DNA of 64,000 nucleotides from NCBI GenBank assembly GCA_049511835.1, contig JBEKXN010000008.1, positions 42,090 to 106,089 on the forward strand, written 5' to 3'. Shown here one piece after another: positions 8,358 to 17,706 of the stretch (position 1 is its first letter; the number at the start of each line of letters is the position of its first letter). The translations under genes and the position numbers were made by a program. The DNA comes from Verrucomicrobiota bacterium (GTDB lineage: Bacteria; Verrucomicrobiota; Verrucomicrobiia; Limisphaerales; UBA11358). The notes under the pieces were generated by a model that was not told where the DNA came from, did not search any database, and saw only the letters and a list, made by a program, of their open reading frames with translations.

Positions 8358-9677
8358 TCAAGCCCGGTTTTTGCCCAGCGCCTGGTTGCGGATGGCGAAC
8401 ATGAGCAGTCCGCCGATGACGCCAAACGGCACCATGAAGTAGAAGTAGGAGTCCCAGCTTTTATCGAGAAAATAGCCGAGCACCTTGAGCGCGAGGCTGG
8501 CGCCGAAGTATTGGAACGAGTCAATCACGCCCGACGCAAAGCCCGCCATCTTGCGCCCGCCGATGTCCATTGCCGCCGCCGGACCGAGGAGCGAGTGGGT
8601 CGAGTTGGCCGTGAAGGCGATCAACACGAAGAAAACGAGCGTCCAGTTGAGGCTGTGCATCTGCGTCGCCACGAGGATGACACAGACTTCGATGAAATAA
8701 ATCCACGCGGCCACGGGTGCGCGGCGGCCCTGGAAAAGCCGGTCGGAGATGATGCCCGATATCAGCGAGCCGGAAGAGGCAACAAACGGAATCAGAAACC
8801 CGAGCCATTGAAATCGCGCCGAACTCAATTCCAGGTGGTAAACTTCCTGAAAGTAACGCGGAAACCACTGGTCAATGCACTGCCGCACCGCGCCGGTGCA
8901 GGCATACGCCAGCGCGATGATCCAGACCAGCGGATTGCCGACGATTCGTTTGAATACCGTCGCGATCTCCCCATGGATGTCCGGGTCGGAATGGTCCGTC
9001 TCGCCGCCGTGAACGCCGGCAAAACCCGCTTCCTCCGGGGTGTCCTTGACCACGAGCGCGAGCACGACCGCCACCAGGCTCGCGACGCCCGCCGGAATCC
9101 AGAACAGCCAGCGCCAGTGCAGCGCGGGCACCTGCCACATGCCGAGAAACGTGAAACCGGCCAGCAGCGCGGCCCCGAAATAATTGATGCCAAGCCGCCC
9201 GAGGTTGATCATGAACCCGAAAATGCCCGCGAAGGTGCCGCGCTCCGTCTGGCCAAACCACGAGGCATTGATCTTGATGAAGCCCGGCGCGCCAAACGCC
9301 TGCACGTAGCCGTCAATGCTCCGCAACACCACGAACAGCCAGAGAAAACCCCAGAACGACGACGCACCGAAGAGCAGGTTCATCGTCACCGTGCCTGCCG
9401 CGCCGATGAGCATCGCACGCTTGCCGCCAAACCGGTCGGTCAAAAGGCCGTTGATAATCTGTCCGATCGCGTAGGCCAGCAGCTGGGCCGAGATGATGGT
9501 GCTCATGTCGGACTTTGAAAAATGCAACTCGTCGGCGATGGCTTTGTTGGCCAGCGGCAGGTTGTAGCGACAGAGGTAGTAGGACGTGTACATCAGCCCT
9601 ACCACGCCCCAGTTAAGTCCGCGGCGGGCGCGGAAACCGGGAGGGAGTTTTCGCCGGGTAAAAAAAGTTGTTGACAC
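8358..9677 (-). CDS. MFS transporter, organophosphate:Pi antiporter (GlpT/UhpC-like) family
   Basis: 439 aa, about 12 hydrophobic segments; YYLCRYNLPLANK, GLLTDRFGGKR, SWFGQTERG resemble GlpT-type signatures. Confidence 0.75.
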   Translation of the reverse strand: MSTTFFTRRKLPPGFRARRGLNWGVVGLMYTSYYLCRYNLPLANKAIADELHFSKSDMSTIISAQLLAYAIGQIINGLLTDRFGGKRAMLIGAAGTVTMNLLFGASSFWGFLWLFVVLRSIDGYVQAFGAPGFIKINASWFGQTERGTFAGIFGFMINLGRLGINYFGAALLAGFTFLGMWQVPALHWRWLFWIPAGVASLVAVVLALVVKDTPEEAGFAGVHGGETDHSDPDIHGEIATVFKRIVGNPLVWIIALAYACTGAVRQCIDQWFPRYFQEVYHLELSSARFQWLGFLIPFVASSGSLISGIISDRLFQGRRAPVAAWIYFIEVCVILVATQMHSLNWTLVFFVLIAFTANSTHSLLGPAAAMDIGGRKMAGFASGVIDSFQYFGASLALKVLGYFLDKSWDSYFYFMVPFGVIGGLLMFAIRNQALGKNRA

Positions 9678-9867
9678 GATCAGGCTCCTGAAACGGATTC
9701 GACCGGCTCAAAGCCGGATGCAACAAAGCAAAATCAAGGGTTCCGGTCAAGAAACGGCGGAGGATACGGCCGGGCCGCCGCCCGGTCGGATCGGTTCCGG
9801 ATTGAAACCGAACTCCGAAGTTGAATTCCGAAGTTGCCGCTGGTGGCGGGGTGGACCAAGCCCCGTC

Positions 9868-9973
9868 GGAGTGCGCCCGTCCCCGGGCGCAGCAACTGCC
9901 TTCGTTCAAGCCATGGAACATTTCCCAACCGCCCGCCCGCCGCACCTGGTTGCGGCCGGGACGGCCACACTCC
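9868..9973. repeat. MITE/REP-like element with hairpin termini (family A variant)
   Basis: GGAGTG-CGCCCGTCCCCGGGCG ... GCGGCCGGGACGGCCA-CACTCC. Each end is a GC hairpin with a GGGA/TCCC loop. Lies between the two MFS genes. Confidence 0.5.
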
Positions 9974-10025
9974 GCCAACGCAGAAACTCAATGTCGGAGT
10001 TCGGATTGAAACCGGTCGTCTGCTT

Positions 10026-11519
10026 TTACCCGATCTCGGCGAGGTATTTCCGGGTGGCGGCGGGCAGGTCGTGCCAGATTTTTATGGCAATCAGCATCCC
10101 GACCAGCGCGAATGGCATCAGAAAATACGGCCAGTAATGCCAGTTCCACGTCGTCAGGTAACCGAGGCTGAAGGACTGGATGCCGCTGCCGAGGTAGGTG
10201 CAACCATCCACGATGCCGGAGCATGTCGCCGCGGCTTTGCGTCCGCCGAAATCCGTCGCCGCCGTGCCGGCCATGAGCGACGTGATGCCCACCGCGCACA
10301 TCACGATGAGCACCGACGCACAGCCAAGAATGAGCGGGGAGGAAAACAAAAACACGGCCATCACCATCGCCATGATCAGGATGAAGCCGCACAGGAACGC
10401 CGTTGGGGGACCGCGCCGCGATTGGAACCACCAGTCGGATGCCATGCCGCCGGCGAACCCGCCGATGATGCCGAAGATGCATAACAGCAAGCCCCAATGT
10501 TGCAGGAAAAATTCCGCGCCCGGTTGTTTCACCTCGGCGGCAAAAACGAAATACCATTGCGTGATGCCATTGCGGAAAACACCCGAAGTCAGGCCGATGG
10601 CCGCAATCAGCAGCATCAACGGACTGGCAAAAACTTTTTTGAGCAGGTCGAGCGCCGTCAGCTCGATGTGCATCTGGCCGGACGAGGCGTCATGCGTGTC
10701 AAAGTACGGAAAATCCGCCTCTTCCGGTGTGTCCTTGATGAGCCACCAGTCAATCAGCACCCAGACAATCAAAATGGCCGACGGAATGAAAAACACCGCC
10801 CACGTCGCATCCACCGGTTTTGTGGTGGAAGCGAAAATGGCCTTCAGCAAATCGGGCAACCAGCCGCCGGTGGCGCCGGCTTTGGTCATATTGACAATCG
10901 CCTGCCCCCAGTCGAACGCGAAATAGACGCCGATGGAAATGAGCGTTCCAAAAATCGCGCCGAACACGCCGCGTTCGCGCACGTGGAACCAGTAGGCCTT
11001 GACCTTGATGATGGAAACCGCACCGTAGCTCTGGAAATACATGTTCACCGAGTAGAGAAATGAAAAGGCGACGACCATGTTGACTTTCAATTTTCCCATC
11101 ACGAGCAGCCAGGTCAGCACCCCGAGCAGGATATTCGCCGCCGACGCGCCCAAGGCGGCGATGATGATGCCGCGTTTGCCGCCGATTTTGTCCACGAGCG
11201 GGCCGTTGACGAGAAACGACACCGCGTAAGTGACCGTGCCCGCCGCGAAGATCAGCCCGAGGTCCTCCTTCGACATCAAATCGCCGAGCGCGTTTTTGGA
11301 GACGTTGAGGTTGTAGCGTCCCATGTAAAGGAACGCGTAAGTCATGCCGAGCGGAAACCAGTTGATGAAGCGGCGCAGCATGAACCACCGGCTGTGGCCC
11401 ATCGGGTTGTTGTGAAAATACAACCCGATAATCACCGCCAGACAAATGCCGACCAAAAGCAAGTCCATTAAAATCCTTCGGTAGCCCGACAGAAAAACAG
11501 ACCCGCCCGGCGCGGTCAA
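10026..11519 (-). CDS. MFS transporter, OPA (GlpT/UhpC-like) family, paralog
   Basis: 497 aa (TTG start at 11519; ATG alternative at 11468); FLYMGRYNLNVSK, GPLVDKIGGKR, YWFHVRERG. Confidence 0.75.
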   Translation of the reverse strand: MTAPGGSVFLSGYRRILMDLLLVGICLAVIIGLYFHNNPMGHSRWFMLRRFINWFPLGMTYAFLYMGRYNLNVSKNALGDLMSKEDLGLIFAAGTVTYAVSFLVNGPLVDKIGGKRGIIIAALGASAANILLGVLTWLLVMGKLKVNMVVAFSFLYSVNMYFQSYGAVSIIKVKAYWFHVRERGVFGAIFGTLISIGVYFAFDWGQAIVNMTKAGATGGWLPDLLKAIFASTTKPVDATWAVFFIPSAILIVWVLIDWWLIKDTPEEADFPYFDTHDASSGQMHIELTALDLLKKVFASPLMLLIAAIGLTSGVFRNGITQWYFVFAAEVKQPGAEFFLQHWGLLLCIFGIIGGFAGGMASDWWFQSRRGPPTAFLCGFILIMAMVMAVFLFSSPLILGCASVLIVMCAVGITSLMAGTAATDFGGRKAAATCSGIVDGCTYLGSGIQSFSLGYLTTWNWHYWPYFLMPFALVGMLIAIKIWHDLPAATRKYLAEIG

Positions 11520-11534
11520 AGGATTTTATGTGAC

Positions 11535-11562
11535 AAAAAAAGCCGCGGAGAATTTCCGCGGC
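11535..11562 (-). terminator. intrinsic terminator after the 11613..12077 gene
   Basis: Minus strand GCCGCGGA-AATTC-TCCGCGGC followed by T7. Nearly the same hairpin recurs at 14793 and 16837. Confidence 0.7.
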
Positions 11563-11612
11563 TTGGTGGAGCGCCAATAACAACGACATGGCGCGGCAAA
11601 AATAGAGCAACT

Positions 11613-12077
11613 CTATTTTGACAGCCGGAAGAACAAATTTCCCGTCGGCGGGCTGATGGTGATGCTGTTCGTGCCCTTGGCGGTGGCGATGGTACCGCCG
11701 TAACCGAGCCAGCTCGACGTGCTCAGATTGTTGTTGGTCTGGAGCGTGTAGCAGCAGGTTTCCGGCCAGGAAACGACCGCGCTGTTCGGTCCGACAAACG
11801 TGATGGTCAATGTCGGCGCGCCGGGAGTTTGGATAACAACCAGCAAACTCCAGAAACCGCCGGTGAGCGAGTAATTGCCGCCGGTCATCGGCCCGCCCGC
11901 ATCGTGCTGGCCGATGGTGCCGCTGACCTGATACGTCCCGCCGGCGCTCGTGCCGCCGCCACCGGAGACTTTATACCAGTCGATGGAATAACTCTGTGCT
12001 GGGGCCTTAAAGCAGAAGGCAAAAGGCAGAAGGCAGAGAAGAATGAGTTTGGTTTTCATGGTTGATGTTGCATTCAT
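11613..12077 (-). CDS. small secreted glycine-rich protein, function unknown
   Basis: Signal peptide MKTKLILLCLLPFAFCFKAPAQ; GGTYQVSGTIGQHDAG and GGNYSLTGGFW motifs; C-terminal ...NLFFRLSK. Starts 15 nt after the stop of the tail-fibre-like gene. Confidence 0.5.
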   Translation of the reverse strand: MNATSTMKTKLILLCLLPFAFCFKAPAQSYSIDWYKVSGGGGTSAGGTYQVSGTIGQHDAGGPMTGGNYSLTGGFWSLLVVIQTPGAPTLTITFVGPNSAVVSWPETCCYTLQTNNNLSTSSWLGYGGTIATAKGTNSITISPPTGNLFFRLSK

Positions 12078-12092
12078 GGCGTTGAATGGAGT

Positions 12093-14402
12093 TCAGGGTT
12101 TGGTGGTTTGCTGTTCCAGAATACGTTCCAGCTTCTCGATCCGGGATTCCAGGTCCTTCACCCTGTTGTGTTCCTTGAGGAATTCGTTCAGGAGCATCGC
12201 GTTGACCTGTTCGTAACGCACCGAATAAACCCGGCCTTGGGTGTCGTGCAGAACGAGTTCCGGCGCCACCTTTTCGACCTCTTCGGCAATCAGGCCAAAT
12301 TGCGGCGTTCCCTGCGGATCCAGGTCATGCTTGTAGCGGAAGGCCACGGGCCGGAGCGCGAGGAGCGCATCGCTCTGGCTGCCCATGTCCTGAATGGCTT
12401 CCTTGAAGCGGCGCGAGGAATTAACCGTGCCGAGCTGGCCTGAGCTGTTGACATAGACGGCAGAGCCAGCGGGTGAAATCGTTACTCCCGAAATGCCGGC
12501 GATGTAGGTGCTGGTTTGTGTTCCCGGCGTGCCGATGCGGATGGTGGCGCTCTCAGCCGCGACACCCCGGTTGCCGATATCAATGTTGTTATTGCCATAG
12601 GTGAGATTGAAACCCGCCACGTTGCCCAAGGCGATGTTTTCGCTACCGCTGTTGTAGTAAAGCGCCTCCTCGCCGATGGCGGTGTTGCCGTAGCCGCTCG
12701 AGTTGTCGTAAAGAGCGTTAGCGCCGATGGCCGTATTCCAATAACCGCTCGTGGTGTTCTCGAGCGCCAAAGCGCCGTCGGCCGTGTTGTAGTAGCCACT
12801 GGTGTTGTTCAAAAGTGCCGACTGGCCGCTGGCCGTATTGTAGTTGCCGTTCGTGTTGTAGTAAAGTGCCCCCTGGCCGCTGGCCGTGTTCCCCGTGCCG
12901 GTCGTGTTGGAATAAAGGGCTCCCACGCCATCGGCTGTGTTGTCGTTGGCGGTCGTGTTGGAGTAAAGGGCCTGATAACCGTTGGCCGCGTTGTCGCTGC
13001 CGCTCGTATTGGAGAAAAGCGCCTGAGAGCCGCTGGCCGTGTTGTAGGCGCCGTTCGTGTTGTTGAAAAGAGCCTGATAGCCGTTAGCGGTGTTTTCGAA
13101 GGCGATCGTGTTGTTCACCAGCGCCCAGACACCGTTGGCCGTGTTGTGGTAGCCGATGGTGTTGTTGAAAAGAGCCGAAAGGCCGACGGCCGTGTTGTAG
13201 GCGCCGGTCGTGTTGCTGAAAAGTGCACATACGCCGTTGGCCGTGTTATTGGAACCGCTGGTGTTGCTGAAAAGCGCCGAATTGCCGTTGGCCGTGTTGT
13301 ACCAGCCGTTCGTGTTGTTGTAGAGCGCCGTAACGCCGTCGGCCGTGTTGTAGGCGCCACTGGTGTTGTTGAAAAGCGCCAACTGGCCGCTGGCCGTGTT
13401 GTTGGAGCCGCTTGTGTTATAGATAAGCGCGTCAAAGCCAATGGCCGTGTTGTACGAGCCGACTGTGTTGTAATAAAGGGTATGATAACCGAAGGCGCTG
13501 TTCTGGGCGCCGTATGTGTCGGAGCTTAATGATTGATAACCCACTCCCGTGTTTTGATAACCGGTCAGCGTCAAGTTGCCCGCGCCCGCTCCGGCAAAAA
13601 AGTTTTGGTAGCCGGCGACATGCAGCAAGGTATTGGCGCCGGAATAGATGATGCCCGCCGTCGCCGTCGTCGCGGGCAGATTCAAATTTGCGTCGAGCGT
13701 TATGGTGTCGGCGGAAAAATTCCCGTTGTCATCCCGCTTGACGATGGCGTCCGGTATGTCGGCGTCGATGGCCGTATCGCCCAAAGTCACCGCGCCGTTC
13801 ATCGTCGCGACGGTAATGTCGTCGTTGCCGGCGACGGACAGCACGCCCGCATTGTTGAGCGTTTTTGAACCACCCAGCACGATCAGGCCGCCGCCGCTCA
13901 AGCCGGTACCGGCGTTCACCGTGACGGAGTTGTTGGCCAGTTGGCTGTTACCCACCGTGCCGCTCAGTTGGCTGGCCGGCAACAGGCCGGTGAGGTTTTC
14001 GGCCGTAATCGCGTAGGGTGTCGGCAGGAGCGGCTGGCGCGGGGTCAGGGCGGTGAATGAGCTGGCACCGTTGGTCCGCGCGCTGATATCGAGCCAGCGA
14101 GCGTCTCCCGGGAAGACGCCGGGACTGGCGCCGGGACTGAAGTCCAGCGTGACGGTAAACAGACCGTTGGTAACGGGCACCATGAGTCTGGTCAGGGTGG
14201 TTCCTTGTTGATTGCCCCCGCTGGCGGCGTCGAAGACCTCGAATTGGAAGTCATAAAGGCCGGTGGCGTGACAATTGCCGTCGTTAAGCCTGCCCTGGTA
14301 GGTAAAGGCCGTGCCTTGAGCCAAGGCGGTTGTGAGTAGAGGGCTGAGTGTCGAGAGCGCCAGAAGCACCAGCCATTGGGTTATGTGATGTTTTGTTTTC
14401 AT
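12093..14402 (-). CDS. secreted tail-fibre-like repeat protein with C-terminal peptidase S74 intramolecular-chaperone domain
   Basis: Signal peptide. About 25 copies of a 14-aa NTAxGxxALxxNTxG unit (about 12560-13520). C-terminus SSRRFKEAIQDM...LRPVAFRYK...FGLIAEEVEKVAPELV...YEQVNAMLLNEFLKEH, followed by a coiled coil, matches S74 auto-processing domains. Confidence 0.8.
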   Translation of the reverse strand: MKTKHHITQWLVLLALSTLSPLLTTALAQGTAFTYQGRLNDGNCHATGLYDFQFEVFDAASGGNQQGTTLTRLMVPVTNGLFTVTLDFSPGASPGVFPGDARWLDISARTNGASSFTALTPRQPLLPTPYAITAENLTGLLPASQLSGTVGNSQLANNSVTVNAGTGLSGGGLIVLGGSKTLNNAGVLSVAGNDDITVATMNGAVTLGDTAIDADIPDAIVKRDDNGNFSADTITLDANLNLPATTATAGIIYSGANTLLHVAGYQNFFAGAGAGNLTLTGYQNTGVGYQSLSSDTYGAQNSAFGYHTLYYNTVGSYNTAIGFDALIYNTSGSNNTASGQLALFNNTSGAYNTADGVTALYNNTNGWYNTANGNSALFSNTSGSNNTANGVCALFSNTTGAYNTAVGLSALFNNTIGYHNTANGVWALVNNTIAFENTANGYQALFNNTNGAYNTASGSQALFSNTSGSDNAANGYQALYSNTTANDNTADGVGALYSNTTGTGNTASGQGALYYNTNGNYNTASGQSALLNNTSGYYNTADGALALENTTSGYWNTAIGANALYDNSSGYGNTAIGEEALYYNSGSENIALGNVAGFNLTYGNNNIDIGNRGVAAESATIRIGTPGTQTSTYIAGISGVTISPAGSAVYVNSSGQLGTVNSSRRFKEAIQDMGSQSDALLALRPVAFRYKHDLDPQGTPQFGLIAEEVEKVAPELVLHDTQGRVYSVRYEQVNAMLLNEFLKEHNRVKDLESRIEKLERILEQQTTKP

Positions 14403-14792
14403 GAGTTTGGTTTTCGTTTTGGTGTTGAAGGTTTCACTGAAGTTTTAAACACGGATGAAGGCCGGTGAGCGATTGGGTTTCGGTTTTAACCATAGCGGGG
14501 TGGAGCCCAACAGCCTTGGAACGAAGATACAAAATTCGGGCTTGCCGCTGGCGGATCGTTCAATCCCGTCCGGAAGTCCGCCGTAATTCTTGCAGATGCC
14601 TTTACCACAGGACCGCGCCCCGATTTACAGCAACATCCTTCAAAACGAAGAACCCAACCTGTCCCTGGAGGAAACGGTGTCAAGAAGGATTAAGGTGGGT
14701 GATGCAAGTATAGGGTGAGGTGAATTTAATCATTAGGCGGTCCGGTTTGCGCAAAATGGCGGACCGTGCCCCTGAGGCTGACATCATTCCAC

Positions 14793-14819
14793 AAAAAAGC
14801 CGCGGAGGGTGTCCGCGGC
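14793..14819 (-). terminator. intrinsic terminator downstream of CE15-like gene
   Basis: Minus strand GCCGCGGA-CACCC-TCCGCGGC followed by T6. Confidence 0.6.
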
Positions 14820-15053
14820 CTGGTGGAAAATTCGCTGCTACGGCACGGAGCGGATGCGCCAGAAATTGTTCACGACCCTGTCCGGCGCAAAATGCGCTTC
14901 AGTTCCAGGATTTCCGGGATGTCCATCCCACCAGCAGAATGCCGCTGGCTGCAATCCAACTCCCGGCTGCGCGAACTACGATGCGCCGCCAGCCCCGGGC
15001 CTCCACGACCAGCGCCGGGAGGGTGTCAAGTCGCGGCGGTGGCTTCGGTCGGA

Positions 15054-16550
15054 TTATTTCGCGCTGCCGCTCGCGGGCGCAACCGGCTTGAGTCCCGGTA
15101 CCTTGATGTAATGCCCGGCAAATTCCAGAAACGCCGGCCAGTTTGGAACGTCCGTGTGCCCGCCGCTGTGTTCCCGGTAGGCCACGTCGCCATCAATCAA
15201 CGCGGTCTCGGGTGGAGGAAACACATCGGTCCCCAGGTTTTTCCTGCCGAGAAGCTTGTACACCGGACCGGCGCCGACCGTGGCCATGAACATGCCCCGC
15301 GGATCCGCAAATCCGTCACCGGCCTGGCCGCCGATGGCAGCGCCGGCACCAATGAACACGGGACGCGGCGCGCACAGGGCAATCAATTCATGACCATCCA
15401 CCGGCAGGTCCTTTGCCGTCAACGGGCCGGCGTATTTGATGAAATTGCCCGCATACCAGTGGTAGGCTTCCCACCAGGCGGCGTTCTCAATCACCTCGCC
15501 GTAATTGCGGCGGTTGATTTTTGCGCCGCCCTCGCCGGACGAACTCACGTAGGCAATCGCAAAGCGCTGGTCGTAAGCCATCGCCACCACGGCTGCTTTG
15601 CCCCAGCGCGAGTGGCCTTCCAAACCGACTTGCCGGGCATTCACCGCCGGGTCGGTTTCAAAATAATCCAGCGCGCGGCTCGCGCCCCAGGCCCAGGCCC
15701 GCAGCACGCCCCAATCATCCGGTTTCCGGGGCTGGCCCTGGTTGCAAAGCCCGATGATTCCCGTCGTCAAACCGGCGCCACCATCCGCTTGAATGCTGTA
15801 GGTGCCCAGCGTCGCGTATCCCCAGCCGTTGCTCAATGCGGTCGCCTGCCATGCCTGCAATCCCAAACCAAATCCACCAAACCCACCACGCCGGCCAGGA
15901 GCGTTCGTCCCCGCCGGAGTATTCGTTCGGACAAAGCTGCCAGGAGGAAATCCTCCGCCAAAACCGGGGGCAAATGGAAATAACACCATGATGACCGGCG
16001 AAGGCCCGGCCGCATTGGCTGGAAGCGTCAACGACAACTGGATGGTGACGGAGATGTTTGTATAAGCGGAATTGTCCACGTGACCCAGCAGTCGCTTCTC
16101 AATAACCGGAAAACTGGCGGACGCGTTGGTCACAACGCGGTTGGTCACGCTGGCAACCTCCCACTTCACCCCGGGTGTTACCCTGGGCATCCGGCCATAA
16201 ATCTCCCGGTCGAAATCCTCAACGATTTCCGGACGGCGCTGCTCCCACCACATGCGCGCGGTGGTGACCTTTGTGCCGTCCTTCAATGTCAGCGGATCCG
16301 GCAAATCGGGACAGGGGTTCGCCCTGGACTCTTCGTAATTGGTCTGTTTGCCCTTGCGAAACGTAGTCATGTGCAACAGACCCATGAGCCGTTGATGATC
16401 GTCCACGGCCGAGAGCGGCACCGGCGGGGGCAGGTTCCCGTTGGTGTCCGCCGCGCGCGCGGTTGGGGGTGCCAACGGCCCGATTGCCAGCGGCGCCAAC
16501 AGAACCAGGCCGGGCAAACTGCGAATCAAACCCGGGTTGAGGGTGGGCAT
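15054..16550 (-). CDS. secreted glucuronoyl esterase-like alpha/beta hydrolase (CE15-like)
   Basis: ORF 15054..16601 trimmed to ATG 16550 (signal peptide). GHSRWGKAA (compare the CE15 GCSRxGK nucleophile motif), ...HSGGHTDVPNWPAFLEF... near the C-terminus. Confidence 0.65.
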   Translation of the reverse strand: MPTLNPGLIRSLPGLVLLAPLAIGPLAPPTARAADTNGNLPPPVPLSAVDDHQRLMGLLHMTTFRKGKQTNYEESRANPCPDLPDPLTLKDGTKVTTARMWWEQRRPEIVEDFDREIYGRMPRVTPGVKWEVASVTNRVVTNASASFPVIEKRLLGHVDNSAYTNISVTIQLSLTLPANAAGPSPVIMVLFPFAPGFGGGFPPGSFVRTNTPAGTNAPGRRGGFGGFGLGLQAWQATALSNGWGYATLGTYSIQADGGAGLTTGIIGLCNQGQPRKPDDWGVLRAWAWGASRALDYFETDPAVNARQVGLEGHSRWGKAAVVAMAYDQRFAIAYVSSSGEGGAKINRRNYGEVIENAAWWEAYHWYAGNFIKYAGPLTAKDLPVDGHELIALCAPRPVFIGAGAAIGGQAGDGFADPRGMFMATVGAGPVYKLLGRKNLGTDVFPPPETALIDGDVAYREHSGGHTDVPNWPAFLEFAGHYIKVPGLKPVAPASGSAK

Positions 16551-16737
16551 ATTTTCCCTTTTCAGTTTTTGAAATGTTTTACCAGAATCTCCGGTGCTCA
16601 AGGATTTGACGGTGAGTAAACAATGCCAAGGCTTTCCCGGTCAAGGCACAATCATGGCTCAACGCCGGACGGCGAAGAAGCTTGAACTGCCGTCGCGGTT
16701 CACGACCGTGTCCTATGGTGCGACCCGTCCGCCTTTG

Positions 16738-16811
16738 GCGTAGCGGCTTTCGGGAGAAAGCCGCCATTTGAATTTCACGGTTTGCGGCTCTCTGCCGAGA
16801 GGCCGCTACGC
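16738..16811. repeat. structured REP-like element (two hairpins closed by a 10-bp stem)
   Basis: GCGTAGCGGC ... GCCGCTACGC encloses GGCTTTC-GGGA-GAAAGCC and GGCTCTC-TGCC-GAGAGCC hairpins. Confidence 0.5.
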
Positions 16812-16836
16812 TGATTTTATGGGGGCCTCAAAGCAT

Positions 16837-16863
16837 AAAAAAGCCGCGGAGAAGCCCCGCGGC
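16837..16863 (-). terminator. intrinsic terminator after rplI
   Basis: Minus strand GCCGCGG-GGCTTCT-CCGCGGC followed by T6. Confidence 0.65.
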
Positions 16864-16893
16864 TTGGTGAAAACAAATTGATTTGTTGCCAGC

Positions 16894-17655
16894 CTACTCG
16901 GCTTTTTTTTCCTTCTTTTCGGCCTTCGGTGCCTTGGGCGTCTTTTCAGCTTTTTCAGCTTTTTCAGCCTTTATATGCTTCTCGCCTTTGGGTTTGGCTT
17001 CGACAGCTTCAGATTTTTCGGCCTTGGCGTGTTTTTCACCGTGCTTCTCGCCGTGCTTTTCGGCCTTGGGTCTGGCTTCGGCAGCTTCGGGTTTTTCGGC
17101 CTTTTCGCCTTCGGCCTCCCGCCGGCCGTGACTGCGTTTTTCACGTCGGGGTTCCCCGCCCTCTTCTTTTTTCGGTTCAGCCGGCACCGGCGCAATCACC
17201 GGCGTGAGGCTTTCGACGCGGACCTTGAGCATGCCTTTGACTTCGGCGTGCAGATGCAGTTCGACCTCGTGGTCGCCCAGTGCGCGGATGGGGTGTTCGA
17301 GGTGGATTTTCCGCTTGTCGAGTGTGATGTCAAACTGATGTTTCAATTCGTCGGCAACCACGCCGGCGGTCACCGAGCCGAACATTTTGCCGTCCTCGCC
17401 CGCCTTGACCTTGATGATGCAGATGAGCTTGGCGACGCCCTTGGCGAGTTCGGTCATGGTGTTGAACTCGTGCGCTTCGCGTTCGGCGCGGCGCTGGCGC
17501 AAGGACTCGATCTGGCGTTTGTTGGCCATGGTCAGGGGGATGGCCAGGCGTTGCGGGAACAGATAGTTGCGCGCGTAACCGGCGGCGACCTTCACCTGGT
17601 CGGATTCGGCGCCGAGGCCGACGATGTTGTGCGTGAGAATGACTTCAGTCTTCAT
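16894..17655 (-). CDS. rplI: 50S ribosomal protein L9 with about 105-aa K/E/A/P-rich C-terminal extension
   Basis: MKTEVILTHNIVGLGAESDQVKVAAGYARNYLFPQRLA is canonical L9. The tail EKAEKPEAAEARPKAEKHGEKHGEKHAKAEK...KKEKKAE is low complexity. Confidence 0.9.
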   Translation of the reverse strand: MKTEVILTHNIVGLGAESDQVKVAAGYARNYLFPQRLAIPLTMANKRQIESLRQRRAEREAHEFNTMTELAKGVAKLICIIKVKAGEDGKMFGSVTAGVVADELKHQFDITLDKRKIHLEHPIRALGDHEVELHLHAEVKGMLKVRVESLTPVIAPVPAEPKKEEGGEPRREKRSHGRREAEGEKAEKPEAAEARPKAEKHGEKHGEKHAKAEKSEAVEAKPKGEKHIKAEKAEKAEKTPKAPKAEKKEKKAE

Positions 17656-17706
17656 AAAAGTGGCATGTGACGGGTGACAAGTGACGGGAAAATTCGCCCG
17701 GAAAAA

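Noticed and set aside
12500-13530. Strict 42-nt periodicity that could be mistaken for a CRISPR array or non-coding tandem repeat
   Set aside because: There is no alternation of conserved repeats with unique spacers. The periodicity is in frame and encodes the NTxG 14-aa repeat of a continuous 769-aa ORF with signal peptide and S74 domain.
11613-14402. Prophage, inferred from the tail-fibre/S74 domain
   Set aside because: No capsid, terminase, portal, integrase or lysis genes are within reach. The flanks are transporters and an esterase, and the protein has a Sec signal peptide. It was treated as a cellular surface fibre, and prophage remnant status is left as a refutation test.
14820-15053. 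Small minus-strand ORFs between the CE15-like stop and its terminator, for example a 16-aa MDIPEILELKRILRRTGS peptide
   Set aside because: They are too short, have no RBS or conservation evidence, and the alternative frames are equally open. They were not reported as genes.
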